Below, piece by piece: positions 43,456 through 54,402 of a DNA stretch of 64,000 nt. The stretch is from an uncultured Prochlorococcus sp. GTDB taxonomy: Bacteria > Cyanobacteriota > Cyanobacteriia > PCC-6307 > Cyanobiaceae. Within the stretch, counting starts at the first letter, position 1. Each line of letters opens with the position of its first letter. Location of the stretch: assembly GCA_964433825.1 (NCBI GenBank), contig CAYSSQ010000001.1:27112-91111 (forward strand), read 5' to 3'. A program made the translations under genes and the position numbers. The notes under the pieces are model-generated. The model made no database searches and was not told the DNA's origin. It saw nothing but the letters and a program-made list of their open reading frames with translations.

Positions 43456-44970
43456 TTAAGATTTATTCAAAGTAAGTTCTGGTTTTAATAATGGGAATGG
43501 TATTACATCCCTTATTGAAGCGCTATTTGTTATTAGCATTATCAATCTATCAATTCCTATACCCAAACCTCCCGTGGGAGGCATTCCAATTTCTAGAGCT
43601 TGTAAGAAATCTTCATCAATACAATGAGCTTCTAAATCTCCTGCATCTCTTAAGGATTGTTGTAACTCCAATCTATCCCTTTGATCTACAGGATCAATTA
43701 ATTCACTAAATGCATTAGCAATTTCCCTACCTGCAATAAATAACTCAAATCTTTGAACCATATTTTTATCGCAGGAGTGTCTTCGAGCTAATGGTGAAAT
43801 CTCAATTGGGTAATCGATGATAAAAGTAGGTTGAATAAGCTGAGATTCGACCTTCTGCTCAAAAATTTCATTTAATAATCTCCCAAAAGTATCAATTTGC
43901 TTTGGTATTACAAATTTATTTTCTTCTAAGAAAGAAATTGCTTGATTAAAGTCCCCTTTAAATTCATCAAAATCAATTCCTGCAAATTTCTTTACTGCCT
44001 CTTTCATAGTAAATCGTTGCCATTTGGGAGAAAAATCTATTTTGTAACCTTGATAATCAATTACTAAAGATTTACAGGTATTGGATACTATGTGACAAAT
44101 CAGCTCTTCGCTAGTATTCATCATATCTTCATAATTACAAAAAGCTTCGTAGATTTCGACTGAAGTAAATTCAGGATTATGTTTTGTACTAATACCCTCA
44201 TTTCTAAAAATTCTTCCCAGTTCATAAACCCTTTCAAAACCACCCACAACCATCCTTTTTAAATGTAACTCTGTAGCAATTCTTAAATACAGAGGGATAT
44301 CTAACGTATTATGGTGCGTTATAAAAGGTCTAGCCTCGGCTCCTCCAGCCTCTGACTGAAGAATAGGTGTTTCTATCTCTATAAAATTTTTATCATCTAA
44401 CCATCTACGGATAAGGCTAATAGTTTTAGCTCTTGTTTTAAAAACAATTTTTGATTGAGGATTTACTATTAAGTCCAAATATCTTTGTCTATAGCGCTTT
44501 TCAACATCTGTGAGGCCGTGCCATTTATCAGGCAAAGGTTGTAAAGATTTCGAGAGCATTTGCCAAGTTGATACTTTAATTGACAACTCACCTTTATTTG
44601 TTTTCTTTATAGTACCGTTAACTCCAATCCAATCTCCAATATCAACCAACTCTGTTAAATCATTAAAAGAAAGATATTTATCATTTGTATTTTCATTATT
44701 ATCAATTATTAACTTTTCTAAATATAGCTGAATAGGTCCCTCTTGATCAGAAATGCTAAAGAAAGCAATCTTTCCCATTACTCTTTTAGCAAGAACACGA
44801 CCTGCTAAAGATATATTTAATTGAAATTCTTCGCCATTATCAAGATAACTATAATTATCCGAAATAAATTTAGTTGAATGTGTTACCGTAAAATTCTCAC
44901 AGTAAGGTTCAAAACCTTTGGCTATTAACGATTTAGCTTTACTCAAGCGAGCTTCTCTAAATTCAGACAA
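43456..44970 (-). CDS. lysS: Lysine--tRNA ligase (class II)
   Basis: [30 protein letters not shown] and [15 protein letters not shown]. Confidence 0.98.
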   Translation of the reverse strand: MSEFREARLSKAKSLIAKGFEPYCENFTVTHSTKFISDNYSYLDNGEEFQLNISLAGRVLAKRVMGKIAFFSISDQEGPIQLYLEKLIIDNNENTNDKYLSFNDLTELVDIGDWIGVNGTIKKTNKGELSIKVSTWQMLSKSLQPLPDKWHGLTDVEKRYRQRYLDLIVNPQSKIVFKTRAKTISLIRRWLDDKNFIEIETPILQSEAGGAEARPFITHHNTLDIPLYLRIATELHLKRMVVGGFERVYELGRIFRNEGISTKHNPEFTSVEIYEAFCNYEDMMNTSEELICHIVSNTCKSLVIDYQGYKIDFSPKWQRFTMKEAVKKFAGIDFDEFKGDFNQAISFLEENKFVIPKQIDTFGRLLNEIFEQKVESQLIQPTFIIDYPIEISPLARRHSCDKNMVQRFELFIAGREIANAFSELIDPVDQRDRLELQQSLRDAGDLEAHCIDEDFLQALEIGMPPTGGLGIGIDRLIMLITNSASIRDVIPFPLLKPELTLNKS

Positions 44971-45016
44971 AATTTTAATTACAATAGTTTATTTAATTAA
45001 GTTATCAGAATAACTT

Positions 45017-45763
45017 TCAACTTGCCAAAGATGTTGCCGTTTCACCTACTCTTTGAGAAGCATATCCTATCCCTCTCACTGTAAGAATGAGTTCAGGATT
45101 CCTTGGATCAGGTTCTAATTTGCCTCTTAACCTAGCGACATAAACATCAACAACTCTCAAATCTGCTGCCCTTCTAGGTGGGTAACCCCAAAGTTGTTCC
45201 AAAATTTCTGCTCTTGGTACAACTTTGCCTGGTTCATCGAATAATAATTCCAGAAGACTAAATTCGGTGTAAGTCAAACTTATTCTTTCACCAGCTCTAG
45301 ATACTTGTCTCCTGTTGGTATCTACAATTAAATTTCCAAATTTCATTACACCCTTTCCAGATGGGACCTCCTTAGTCTCCGCCACTGATATACTAGGGCC
45401 CATACGTCTTAAAATAGTTGCAATTCTTGCTTCCAGTTCTTTAGGACTAAATGGTTTTGATAAATAATCATCTGCTCCTAAATCTAAACCAGCGACCCTC
45501 TCTGAAATAGCTTCTAACGCAGTTAAAAATATAATGGGCACAACTGATTCTGCTCGAATTCTTCTACAGACGGCAAATCCATCCATTTTTGGAAGCATTA
45601 CATCAAGGACAATCAAATCTGGAGATTGTTTGTGAAAAGCTTCAATAGCCTCTTCACCATTAGTTGCAGAAAAGACTTCATAACCAGCCAATTGCAGCCT
45701 AGTTACTAAAACCTTTAAAACCGCTGGTTCATCATCAACTACTAAAATACTTGCTTTTGACAT
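45017..45763 (-). CDS. srrA: OmpR-family response regulator, RpaB paralog (SrrA-like)
   Basis: ILVVDDE, LDVMLP, KPFSPKEL and winged helix DLRVVDVYVARLRGKLE..TVRGIGY; diverges from canonical RpaB (SIRRILETRL). Confidence 0.75.
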   Translation of the reverse strand: MSKASILVVDDEPAVLKVLVTRLQLAGYEVFSATNGEEAIEAFHKQSPDLIVLDVMLPKMDGFAVCRRIRAESVVPIIFLTALEAISERVAGLDLGADDYLSKPFSPKELEARIATILRRMGPSISVAETKEVPSGKGVMKFGNLIVDTNRRQVSRAGERISLTYTEFSLLELLFDEPGKVVPRAEILEQLWGYPPRRAADLRVVDVYVARLRGKLEPDPRNPELILTVRGIGYASQRVGETATSLAS

Positions 45764-45932
45764 CGATAAAAAGTGATTTACTGATTAAATTCAAAGCATA
45801 TATGCGTTGAATATTTGTTTTACTAATCTAACAAGTAAAAATATAACATTAAGTATACTAAAAGTTATAAATTCTATAATTACTAAATTTTTTAATTTTT
45901 TGAAATTTTAAATAACTGACTTAAATCATTAA

Positions 45933-46472
45933 TTAAAAACTATCACCTTTAAATGAAGAAAAATTTTGAGAATTATTTTTATTGAATATATTAAAAAGCC
46001 AAGAGCAAACTAAGGGAGCTATTATTGCAGTCATAAAAACTTGTGCAGAAATTGTTTTTATTCCATAAGCAACCCATGAAATATTAACCTCAAAAAATTT
46101 ATGAAAAATTATTTGAAGAAAATATAATAAATTACAAATAAGACTACCAAGAGAACAAATAAAACCAAATTTAAATGTATTCAAGTTTTTTGAATTATAA
46201 ATGCTTAACTTGCCAAATATAATTCCACAAATAACAAATCCTGGGATTTGAGTATACAAATGATTACTTAACGAATCCAAAACAATTCCTATTGATAATC
46301 CTGCGAGGATTCCATTAAAGGAACCATGAATACTTGCCCAAGAGAATAACCAAAAAATTGACCAATGAGGTGGAACTCCCATTAAAGAAATAAACTTAGG
46401 ATTCCACAAAGTTAGAATTGGAATAAACAAAAAAGTTAATAACGATAAGTATGTATTAGTGATCCTGTTCAT
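45933..46472 (-). CDS. mreD: Rod shape-determining protein MreD-like
   Basis: Multi-TM protein after mreC; ATG at 46472 overlaps the mreC TAA. Confidence 0.75.
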   Translation of the reverse strand: MNRITNTYLSLLTFLFIPILTLWNPKFISLMGVPPHWSIFWLFSWASIHGSFNGILAGLSIGIVLDSLSNHLYTQIPGFVICGIIFGKLSIYNSKNLNTFKFGFICSLGSLICNLLYFLQIIFHKFFEVNISWVAYGIKTISAQVFMTAIIAPLVCSWLFNIFNKNNSQNFSSFKGDSF

Positions 46473-47221
46473 TAATATTGAATTTTCAATACTTGTACCC
46501 AATCAATAGCTTCAGGTTCTGCTAACAATTGGACTACCGCAATCAGAGTAGATTGAGATTCTGCATCAATAGTCTCTATTATTCCAATTGGAATATTTGG
46601 TGGCAAAAGTGTACTAGCAGGGGACGAAAAAACAAAATCTCCCTCTTTAACATCAAGATCTTTAGAATAGAATACGAGTCTGGGAAGATTTGTCCCAAGA
46701 CCAACAAGTAGTCCATGAACATTACTTCTTTGATTCCAAACACCAACTTTACTATCAGTTGAGGTAAGTAATTTAACAGACGATGTTAAAAAAGATGTAT
46801 TTTCAATTATACCGACTAAACCTCCAGGACCAACAACGGCATCGCCAATTTCGACTCCATCTTTTTTGCCCTTATTTAAAATCAATTGTTTCCACCAAGT
46901 ACCAGTTTGTCTAGAGATTACTGAAGCACTTATTTTACTTTTGTCAGATATACTTTGAAGTTTTAAAATATCTCTCAATCTTTTATTATCTTTACTGAGT
47001 TGAATTAACTTCATATTTAATTCTTTGTACTGGCTTTCCTGAATAATTTCTTGTTGAAATTGGCCAGGCCAGAAAGGTTTAGAGACAATATAATAAAAAT
47101 CTTTATAGATAGAACCTTTTGAAAATCTAACAAAAATTATTGTCGATAAAAATAATATAAAAAACCAAAATTTTCTTTTATTCCACCAACGTGTAGATGA
47201 TATTCTTCGGTTATCAACCAT
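46472..47221 (-). CDS. mreC: Rod shape-determining protein MreC
   Basis: N-terminal TM, coiled coil, LNKGKKDGV..GGLVG and PPNIPIG. Confidence 0.9.
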   Translation of the reverse strand: MVDNRRISSTRWWNKRKFWFFILFLSTIIFVRFSKGSIYKDFYYIVSKPFWPGQFQQEIIQESQYKELNMKLIQLSKDNKRLRDILKLQSISDKSKISASVISRQTGTWWKQLILNKGKKDGVEIGDAVVGPGGLVGIIENTSFLTSSVKLLTSTDSKVGVWNQRSNVHGLLVGLGTNLPRLVFYSKDLDVKEGDFVFSSPASTLLPPNIPIGIIETIDAESQSTLIAVVQLLAEPEAIDWVQVLKIQY

Positions 47222-47225
47222 CAAA

Positions 47226-48278
47226 TCAATCTCTTACTGCATTCCTCGCAAAATCTGGAGTATCAACAACTCTTCTTAATTTTTTAAAATCATCTAGAAC
47301 TTCTCCACAACCATTTACAACGCACAACAATGGATCCTCTGCAATGTGTGTAAAAATTCCTGTTTCATCACTTAACAAATCACTTATACCTCTTACTAAC
47401 GCTCCACCACCTGCAAGCATTATTCCTCTATCAACTATATCTGCGGCTAACTCCGGGGGAGTTCTTTCCAAAGTTCTTTTCACTGCCTCAACAATCTTAC
47501 TTAGTGGATCAGCCATAGCCTCACGAATTTCTCCTGAAGTTAAATTAATTGATCTAGGCAATCCTGAGGATAAATGTAAACCCCTTACTTCCATTGAAGT
47601 TTTATCAAAATCATTATTTGGAAATGCAGATCCAATTTTAATTTTTATATCCTCTGCAGTTCTCTCTCCCACAACTAAGTTATGAACCTTTTTGAGATAT
47701 AAAGCAATAGACTCATTAATTTCATCACCAGCGACTCTGACGGATTCGCTCAAAACAGTTCCACCTAGGCTAAGGACGGCAACTTCTGTTGTACCTCCAC
47801 CAATATCAACAATCATTGTGCCAATGGGTTCGGTTACTGGTAATGCAGCACCTATAGCAGCTGCGACAGGCTCATCAATCAAATGAACTTCTCTAGCACC
47901 AGCCAAACCAGCCTCTCTAACGGCTCTTCTCTCAACACTAGTAACTCCACTTGGAATACCAATAATTAATCGCGGTGCTAGTATTCCTCTCCCCTCGTTT
48001 GATTTCTGAATAAACATTTTTAGCATTTGCTCGGCAGCATCAAAATCCGCTATAACTCCATCTTTCAATGGTCTAACAGCCCTTATATTACCGGGAGTTC
48101 TGCCTAGCATTAGTTTTGCATCCTTACCTACAGCAAGAGGTACTCCTTCCTCAAGATCCATAGCTACTACTGATGGCTCTTGAAGTACGACACCTTTACC
48201 GGATACATGTATTAATGTATTTGCAGTCCCCAAATCAATACCAATGTCTCTTGAAAATTTAAAACGGTTAAGGATCAC
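47226..48278 (-). CDS. mreB: Actin-like MreB
   Basis: IGIDLGTANT, EPSVVA, DIGGGTTEVA and LAGGGAL. Confidence 0.98.
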   Translation of the reverse strand: MILNRFKFSRDIGIDLGTANTLIHVSGKGVVLQEPSVVAMDLEEGVPLAVGKDAKLMLGRTPGNIRAVRPLKDGVIADFDAAEQMLKMFIQKSNEGRGILAPRLIIGIPSGVTSVERRAVREAGLAGAREVHLIDEPVAAAIGAALPVTEPIGTMIVDIGGGTTEVAVLSLGGTVLSESVRVAGDEINESIALYLKKVHNLVVGERTAEDIKIKIGSAFPNNDFDKTSMEVRGLHLSSGLPRSINLTSGEIREAMADPLSKIVEAVKRTLERTPPELAADIVDRGIMLAGGGALVRGISDLLSDETGIFTHIAEDPLLCVVNGCGEVLDDFKKLRRVVDTPDFARNAVRD

Positions 48279-48412
48279 GATAATAAATAACTTTTATCAA
48301 ATAATAGAGGTTTTTTCAAAAGAGCTACTAAATATTACTGTTTGCATATCAATCGCTAGCAATACTTCAAGCAAAAATTTCAAAAATGAGTAATATTAAA
48401 AAAAAAATAATT

Positions 48413-48784
48413 ATGGAAATTAACACAATTAATCTTGTTGGCAGAGCTGGTAGAGAACCTGACGTAAGGTATTTCGAATCTGGAAGTATCGTAGCTAATT
48501 TTACTTTGGCAGTTAATAGAAGAAGTAGAGATGAAGAGCCAGATTGGTTTAATATCGAAATTTGGGGTAAACAAGCACAAATCGCTGCAGATTATGTAAA
48601 AAAAGGCTCATTAATTGGAGTGACCGGAAGCTTAAAAATTGATAGCTGGAAAGATAAAAGTAGTGGTGAAGATAGATTCAAGCCAGTGATAAGAGTTGAT
48701 AGATTAAACTTATTAGGATCTAAGCGAGAATCTGATAATAATAATAATAATGAAATGAGCTCCTCAAATGAGATTCCTTTTTAA
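48413..48784 (+). CDS. ssb: Single-stranded DNA-binding protein
   Basis: INLVGRAGREP, WGKQA, KKGSLIGVTG and C-terminal EIPF; start at ATG 48413 preferred. Confidence 0.95.
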   Translation: MEINTINLVGRAGREPDVRYFESGSIVANFTLAVNRRSRDEEPDWFNIEIWGKQAQIAADYVKKGSLIGVTGSLKIDSWKDKSSGEDRFKPVIRVDRLNLLGSKRESDNNNNNEMSSSNEIPF

Positions 48785-48787
48785 AAG

Positions 48788-49441
48788 CTATTTATTTTTA
48801 ATGTAATTTCTCAAAAACTTTATAGATATAAAAACTAGAAATATAATAAAAATCGGCTTTAAAAAGATTTTAAAGTTATCTATGTATAAGGTAATATTTT
48901 GATAATTTTCTCCAAAAAGATATCCTGCAGTCGTAAGTATCGTTACCCAAATTGCAGTGCCTAAAGTTGTCCAAATTAAAAAAGTACCAATAGGCATCAA
49001 TTCTATTCCCGCAGGAACGGATATTAATGTCCTTATTCCCGGAATTAATCTTCCCCAGAAAACCAATAAAGTTCCATATTTATCAAACCATAATCTACTT
49101 TTGGATAAATCATTTGATGTGATTCCTAAAAATTTTCCTTTGTTATCTAAAAATTTTGAAATTTTTTGTTCATTCAAAGATTTTCCTAGAAAATACCATG
49201 GGAAAGATCCTAATAAAGTCCCTACAGTTCCAAACAGAACTAAAATATAAAAATTTAAACTACCTTGATAGACAAAGTAGCCTCCTAAAGGCATTATTAT
49301 TTCAGAGGGAATTGGAGGTATAATATTTTCTAAAAACATCGCAAAACCAATCACAAAATAAGCAAAACTAGAATTTTCTTCAACAGTTTTGATTATTATA
49401 TCCGGAATGGAAGTAACAATATTTATAAATAATAAACTCAA
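48788..49441 (-). CDS. dedA: DedA family membrane protein
   Basis: FLENIIPPIPSE, GRLIPGIRTLISVPAG. Confidence 0.9.
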   Translation of the reverse strand: MSLLFINIVTSIPDIIIKTVEENSSFAYFVIGFAMFLENIIPPIPSEIIMPLGGYFVYQGSLNFYILVLFGTVGTLLGSFPWYFLGKSLNEQKISKFLDNKGKFLGITSNDLSKSRLWFDKYGTLLVFWGRLIPGIRTLISVPAGIELMPIGTFLIWTTLGTAIWVTILTTAGYLFGENYQNITLYIDNFKIFLKPIFIIFLVFISIKFLRNYIKNK

Positions 49442-49443
49442 GT

Positions 49444-50862
49444 TTAATATCTATATAATTCAGGTTTATATGGTCCTTCTACAGAAACATTTATATAATC
49501 TGCCTGTTCCTGAGTTAGTTTAGTAAGTTTTGCTCCGATCTTATCTAAATGAAGTCTCGCAACCATCTCATCTAAATGCTTTGGTAGAACATAAACTTCA
49601 TTAAGATAATCCTTACTTTTACTAAATAATTCGATCTGGGCCAATACTTGATTAGTGAAAGAGTTGCTCATAACAAAACTTGGATGACCTGTTGCACAAC
49701 CTAAATTCACCAGCCTACCCTCTGCTAAAAGAATAATTTTATTACCACTTGGAAGAGTAATATGATCAACCTGAGGTTTAATATTTTCCCATGGATAATC
49801 TTTCAAAGAAGCAACATCAATTTCATTATCAAAATGACCAATATTACAAACGATTGATTCATCTTTCATTTTTAAGAGATGTTTATGAGTTATCACTTGG
49901 TAGTTTCCTGTAGCTGTTACAAAAATATCTATATCCTCTACAACATCATCTAGCGTAACTACGCTGTAGCCTTCCATAGCAGCTTGAAGAGCACAAATAG
50001 GATCCACCTCCGCAATCTTGACAATTGCACCTAAACCTCTTAACGACTGAGCAGATCCTTTACCAACATCTCCAAAGCCAATTACCAAGGCAACTTTTCC
50101 CGCAATCATTACATCAGTAGCTCTTTTTATACTATCAACTAAAGACTCTCGACATCCATACAAATTATCGAACTTACTTTTAGTAACTGAATCATTCACA
50201 TTTATAGCAGGAAATGGTAAGGCATTATCCTTTTGAAGTTGGTAAAGTCTAGCCACCCCGGTAGTTGTTTCCTCAGTGACCCCTATAATCTCACTTTTTA
50301 CTCGAGAATAAAAATTCCCATCTTTTTCAAGTTTATTTTTAATTGATTTATAAAGAGCAATTTCTTCTTCATTTGTTGGATTATCCAAGACAGATCGATC
50401 TTGTTCTGCTTTACTTCCCAAAATCAGTAATCCTGTAGCATCACCCCCATCATCAAGAATCATATTTGGAGTATCATTACCCCAATCCAAAATATAATGT
50501 GTATATTGCCAATACTCATCTAAGGTCTCCCCTTTCTTAGCAAAAACAGGGATCCCTCTTTTTGCTATTGCTGCTGCTGCATGATCTTGTGTTGAAAAAA
50601 TATTGCAAGAAGCCCACTTTACTTGAGCACCCAATTCAACTAAGGTCTCAATTAGTACTGCAGTCTGAATAGTCATATGAAGACTTCCAGCTATTTTTGC
50701 CCCTTTTAATGGCTTTGAATCTGAATATTTTTCTCTTAATGAGATTAATCCAGGCATTTCTGTTTCAGCAATATTGAGTTCCTTCCGCCCAAACTCAGCT
50801 AAAGATAGATCACTAATGACATAATCCGGTGTAGTAGTAATACTTGAATTTGCTATAACCAT
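49444..50862 (-). CDS. ahcY: Adenosylhomocysteinase
   Basis: [37 protein letters not shown] and [13 protein letters not shown]. Confidence 0.98.
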   Translation of the reverse strand: MVIANSSITTTPDYVISDLSLAEFGRKELNIAETEMPGLISLREKYSDSKPLKGAKIAGSLHMTIQTAVLIETLVELGAQVKWASCNIFSTQDHAAAAIAKRGIPVFAKKGETLDEYWQYTHYILDWGNDTPNMILDDGGDATGLLILGSKAEQDRSVLDNPTNEEEIALYKSIKNKLEKDGNFYSRVKSEIIGVTEETTTGVARLYQLQKDNALPFPAINVNDSVTKSKFDNLYGCRESLVDSIKRATDVMIAGKVALVIGFGDVGKGSAQSLRGLGAIVKIAEVDPICALQAAMEGYSVVTLDDVVEDIDIFVTATGNYQVITHKHLLKMKDESIVCNIGHFDNEIDVASLKDYPWENIKPQVDHITLPSGNKIILLAEGRLVNLGCATGHPSFVMSNSFTNQVLAQIELFSKSKDYLNEVYVLPKHLDEMVARLHLDKIGAKLTKLTQEQADYINVSVEGPYKPELYRY

Positions 50863-50912
50863 TTTTGTAGAGTATTTATCTACTAAACTATAATTGATTT
50901 TTATGAGTTTTT

Positions 50913-51347
50913 GTGTTTCTCGAAAGTTTATCTGAAACTATTTTATTTGGAAAAAATTTTGCTCAGGGCTTAAAACCTCTCTCCATAGTGTTGTTAAAAG
51001 GACCAATTGGAGCAGGCAAGACCTCTTTTGTACAGGGTTTAGCAAATGGATTATCAATCAATGAATCTATTACAAGTCCAACTTTTGCTTTATCACATCA
51101 CTATTACTCAGGAAAGCTACCATTGATACACATGGATTTTTATAGATTAAAAGATAAACTATCGGCAGAAGAATTATTCTTTGAAGAAGAAGAAGAATTA
51201 AATGAAAATGGCGGGATTATGGTAATTGAGTGGCCAGAATTAATATTGCCTATTATTGATATATACTCTCTCATTGAGTTTAGTTATGGGAAAGAATTTG
51301 GAAGGAATTACAAAATAGTTAATTATCAAAAGCCAAGAAATTCTTGA
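50913..51347 (+). CDS. tsaE: t6A biosynthesis ATPase TsaE
   Basis: [19 protein letters not shown] and IEWPE. Confidence 0.93.
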   Translation: MFLESLSETILFGKNFAQGLKPLSIVLLKGPIGAGKTSFVQGLANGLSINESITSPTFALSHHYYSGKLPLIHMDFYRLKDKLSAEELFFEEEEELNENGGIMVIEWPELILPIIDIYSLIEFSYGKEFGRNYKIVNYQKPRNS

Positions 51348-52315
51348 ACCTTTGAATAAGATGGTTGGGGTTTAATAGCCCCTTCACCCTGACAAGTTAA
51401 AAACCCACACGCAGTTGAGAATTTTAATGCTTTTTGCATTTCAGATTGATTAATTGGTTCTCCAAAATAAAGGATTTGGGATAAAAAACCAGCAAGAAAT
51501 GCATCCCCAGCACCAGTAGTATCAACAATATTTCCTGAATAAGAAAATGGATAAATCCCCTCACATCCATTAATAAACCATTTAATAGGTGCTCCTCCGT
51601 CAGTTATCACAACACAAGGTGATTTTGGAAAAAGCTTCGAGATCTCGAGTGGACTCTTATTTTGAAAAAACATATCTGCTTCTTCTTTAGAGAGCTTTAA
51701 TATATCTGCAAAAGATAAAAAATCTTTAATTTTTTTTATTTGATATTCTCTCTGAGTTAAATCTATATTGCTGGCATTATTCCAAAAAACTTCTCTCCAA
51801 TTAAGATCTATGACAATTTTCAATCCAAATTTCTTAGCAAAGCTAAGTAAAAAATATATTGAATTAGAAGATATACTTGATGCCAATCCAAGTGTTCCAG
51901 TAATTATAAATTTTGATTCAGAGTAGAGATTATTAAGTAAATTAATATTACTTCTGATCAAATTAATATCAAGATTTTCATCAGCAAATAATTCAAATTC
52001 ATTTTTAGCAAATCCCAAGAAAGAACGATCGCCGGATTCATCTCTTAAAACTTCTACTACTCTTGTTTTATATTTCTTATCAATTTGCAAAAAAGATGTA
52101 TCAATTTCTAACTCTTTAAATAATTCAATAAATTTTGATCCAAATAAATCATTTCCAATATTTCCAACAAATGAAGATTGAATATTTAATTTGCTTAATG
52201 CACAAACTACATTAGCTGGTGCTCCACCTAGGTAGTTTATTCTCTTATCTCCTGTCTGACTAAATATACTGTCAATAAGAGCTTCGCCTATACAAATTAC
52301 TTGGCTGGAGTTCAT
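51326..52315 (-). CDS. PfkB family carbohydrate kinase (fructokinase-like)
   Basis: GEALID, GGAPANV, DLNWR and VDTTGAGDAFLAG. Confidence 0.92.
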   Translation of the reverse strand: MNSSQVICIGEALIDSIFSQTGDKRINYLGGAPANVVCALSKLNIQSSFVGNIGNDLFGSKFIELFKELEIDTSFLQIDKKYKTRVVEVLRDESGDRSFLGFAKNEFELFADENLDINLIRSNINLLNNLYSESKFIITGTLGLASSISSNSIYFLLSFAKKFGLKIVIDLNWREVFWNNASNIDLTQREYQIKKIKDFLSFADILKLSKEEADMFFQNKSPLEISKLFPKSPCVVITDGGAPIKWFINGCEGIYPFSYSGNIVDTTGAGDAFLAGFLSQILYFGEPINQSEMQKALKFSTACGFLTCQGEGAIKPQPSYSKVQEFLGF

Positions 52316-52404
52316 ATGTTTAATATATATTTTACTAATTTATAGTAGTTTTTGTTTAACAAATACAATAATTTAGTTTACAGTCAACTAATTAAAATGT
52401 ATTT

Positions 52405-53319
52405 ATGATTCATAAAGAATATAATTTTTGGAACTGGAGACAATGGGAAATCTCTTGGTCTTTATCACATATAGCAAATACAACTCTAAATAAAAACATT
52501 TTATTAATCCATGGATTTGGAGCTTCAAAGAGCCATTGGAGATATAATCAGGATATTTTAGGCGAAAAGTTCAATTGCTATGCAATAGATCTTTTAGGTT
52601 TTGGGGATAGTAGTCAACCTACTGCTCTTTTGGATTATGAATCTTCAGACAATGGCTCTACAAAATATTGCTTTGATTTATGGGGAACACAAATTAGTGA
52701 ATTTTGTAATGAAAATATTGAAGGCCCGGCTATTTTAATCGGCAATTCAATAGGAGGCATTGTTGCCTTGAGAGCAGCAGAAATATTAAAAGATAAATGT
52801 GATGGGATAATTCTAATTGACTGTGCACAGCGCACAATGGATGACAAGAGATTAAAGAAAAATGATATTTTAATGAATTTTCTAAGGCCAATAATTAAAA
52901 CATCTGTTCGAGCAAGATTTATAAGTAATACTATTTTCAAAAGAGCTGCTAATCGAAAAGTTATTAGAGAAATACTTAAAAAAGCTTATCCCTCAGGAAA
53001 TAATATTAATGATGAATTGATTGATATTTTATATAAACCATCTCAGAGAGACAATTCAGCAGAAGCCTTTAGAGGATTTATAAATTTATTTAACGATTAT
53101 TTGCCTACTGATTTATTTAAAAAAGTTAAAAAAAATATTTATTTAATATGGGGTGAAAAAGATCCATGGGAGTCTGTTGATGAAGCTATTGAATGGAAAA
53201 GAACATATAACAATATTAAAAGTTTGGACATTATAAAAGGTGCAGGACATTGCCCACATGATGAATACCCAGATGAAACCAACAAACTAATATTTGAAAT
53301 TATTCAAGATATAAAGTAA
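52405..53319 (+). CDS. Alpha/beta fold hydrolase
   Basis: LLIHGFGAS..HWR, DLLGFG, GNSIGG and GHCPHDE. Confidence 0.9.
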   Translation: MIHKEYNFWNWRQWEISWSLSHIANTTLNKNILLIHGFGASKSHWRYNQDILGEKFNCYAIDLLGFGDSSQPTALLDYESSDNGSTKYCFDLWGTQISEFCNENIEGPAILIGNSIGGIVALRAAEILKDKCDGIILIDCAQRTMDDKRLKKNDILMNFLRPIIKTSVRARFISNTIFKRAANRKVIREILKKAYPSGNNINDELIDILYKPSQRDNSAEAFRGFINLFNDYLPTDLFKKVKKNIYLIWGEKDPWESVDEAIEWKRTYNNIKSLDIIKGAGHCPHDEYPDETNKLIFEIIQDIK

Positions 53320-54305
53320 GCCTCTACATTTTCACTCAAACGTCTAAGTCCTCTTAGTCCATCTCTTTCAAGATTTCTGACCCTATCACGGCTTATACCC
53401 AAAACTCTTCCTATACCTGTTAAAGACATAGGTTCGTCTCCATCCATACCATATCTCATTCTTAAGACTCTACATTGCAAATCAGGTAACTGATGAAGCA
53501 GTGAGTGTAAATCTCCTCGCATACAATCCATCTCAATCTGCTCATCTGGAAGATCCTCTCCCCCAGCTAATAGATCTAGCAGGACTGTATCTTCTCCATC
53601 TCCAACCTTTGTCTCGAGGCTAACAGGTTGGCCTGCTTTACACATTAAATCTTTAACATCTTCTTCTGGTAACTCTACATATTTTGCAAGTTCGCTAATA
53701 GTAGGTGTCCTTGACATCTCTTGACTGAGCTCTCTTTGTCCTTTTTTTAACTTATTCAACATTTCAGTTATGTGAATAGGTAACCTTATTGCCCTGCTCT
53801 TTTCTGCTATTGCTCGTGTAATACCTTGCCTAATCCACCAATAAGCATAAGTAGAAAATTTATATCCGCGGGCAGGATCGAATTTCTCTACACCTCTAAC
53901 AAGGCCAATTGTTCCCTCCTGTATGAGATCAAGTAGCTCCATATTTCTTTTTGTATATTTTTTAGCAACACTTACTACTAACCTCAAGTTAGCTGCCACC
54001 ATTCTCTCTTTCGCTCTTTGACCAGCCCTTAATCTTTTTTTGATCTTTTGAACAGTTAAATTTAATTTATCTGCAAGTTCTTCATGAGATGGTTTTTCAC
54101 CAGTTAATTCAATTAACTCTAGTTCAAGCCTTTCAACTTGCATTAGTTCTTGAACTTGTCTTCCTAGAGTAATCTCCTGCTCATGCGTTAATAAAGGAAC
54201 TCTTCCTATATCTCTTAAATAAGACCTTACTAGATCAACTTCATTTCCAGTTTTCAGGGAAGTTATTGAAGTAATTTTATTCTCGATTAAAGTTTCTGAA
54301 GACAT
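53304..54305 (-). CDS. Group 2 sigma-70 factor (SigD/RpoD3-like)
   Basis: YLRDIGRVPLLTHEQE, NLRLVVSVAKKY, DLIQEG and FSTYAYWWIRQ; lacks region 1.1. Confidence 0.9.
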   Translation of the reverse strand: MSSETLIENKITSITSLKTGNEVDLVRSYLRDIGRVPLLTHEQEITLGRQVQELMQVERLELELIELTGEKPSHEELADKLNLTVQKIKKRLRAGQRAKERMVAANLRLVVSVAKKYTKRNMELLDLIQEGTIGLVRGVEKFDPARGYKFSTYAYWWIRQGITRAIAEKSRAIRLPIHITEMLNKLKKGQRELSQEMSRTPTISELAKYVELPEEDVKDLMCKAGQPVSLETKVGDGEDTVLLDLLAGGEDLPDEQIEMDCMRGDLHSLLHQLPDLQCRVLRMRYGMDGDEPMSLTGIGRVLGISRDRVRNLERDGLRGLRRLSENVEAYFIS

Positions 54306-54402
54306 AAAATCAATTTACTTTTGTAAACAATACCATTAAGAATTGTAAAGTTAAACCTTATAATCCACATTTTTACATTTTTGAGTATATTTACTCACTC
54401 TC

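Noticed and set aside
45764-45932. HLR1 site upstream of the srrA-like regulator
   Set aside because: Only degenerate half-sites with the wrong spacing were found.
48735-48751. (AAT)5 microsatellite in ssb
   Set aside because: In-frame poly-Asn in the disordered SSB linker; ordinary.
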